Assembly (NCBI GenBank): GCA_963735805.1
Contig: CAVTMK010000002.1
Coordinates: 1,600,001 to 1,664,000, forward strand
DNA from: an uncultured Verrucomicrobiae bacterium
Lineage (GTDB): Bacteria > Verrucomicrobiota > Verrucomicrobiia > Chthoniobacterales > UBA10450
Length of the DNA stretch: 64,000 nucleotides
Direction: 5' to 3'
Shown here: positions 63,783 through 64,000 of the stretch, one piece after another
How positions within the stretch are numbered: position 1 is the stretch's first letter
Layout of the letters: each line of letters begins with the position of its first letter
The notes under the pieces: model-generated
Told to the model about the DNA's origin: nothing
Database searches by the model: none
Seen by the model: the letters and a program-made list of their open reading frames with translations, nothing else
Made by a program: the position numbers and the translations under genes

Positions 63783-64000
63783 TTACAAAATTGGCCCCAA
63801 CATCGCAATGGTGTTGTTCCAAAGCCGGCGGGTAATCGGCCATTGGGCCACCGTCTCGGCGGTGACGGGATGGGAGCAGGCAAGATAGGCGTCCTGACGG
63901 CGGCGCATTTCGGCAGTTAAAGTCGGATCGTAGAACAGAATGTTGTTCTCGTAATTCAAATCGAAACTGCGCCGGTCCATGTTGGCCGAGCCGATCAGGG
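63783..64000 (-). CDS. cls: cardiolipin synthase, C-terminal end (runs off the window)
   Basis: IGSANMDRRSFDLNYE following the second HKD motif; typical ...GPIL end. Confidence 0.85.
   Translation of the reverse strand, partial: LIGSANMDRRSFDLNYENNILFYDPTLTAEMRRRQDAYLACSHPVTAETVAQWPITRRLWNNTIAMLGPIL

Overview
Bacterial chromosomal window. Gene content and intergenic repeat families suggest soil Verrucomicrobiota (Chthoniobacterales / Ca. Udaeobacter-like); this is inference, not a database result. Bases 1-39.4 kb are mostly housekeeping genes (accBC, RluA, sucCD, phospho-sugar mutase, lnt, NamZ, dtd, peroxiredoxin, clpB, MFS) with several families of REP-like palindromes. Just downstream of clpB (31.1-32.4 kb) is an integrase-less integron-cassette remnant: one complete 124-bp attC plus a second core site. 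It carries a TonB-C-like gene with an in-frame TAG and a full-length CphA-like (subclass B2 metallo-beta-lactamase) homolog whose zinc ligands are systematically rewired. Bases 39.5-64 kb form an accessory envelope island of largely unknown function: exported Cys-type sulfatase, exported FGE, DUF3300/DUF2950, DUF4105, two alpha/beta hydrolases, K+ channel, MarC, beta-barrel protein, C59 Ntn hydrolase, HAD hydrolase, four paralogous small lipoproteins and cls. Several intergenic motifs recur within this island. At least 10 single-base frameshifts are visible, so some 'pseudogenes' may be assembly indel errors. No rRNA, tRNA, CRISPR array, transposase or integrase was recognised.
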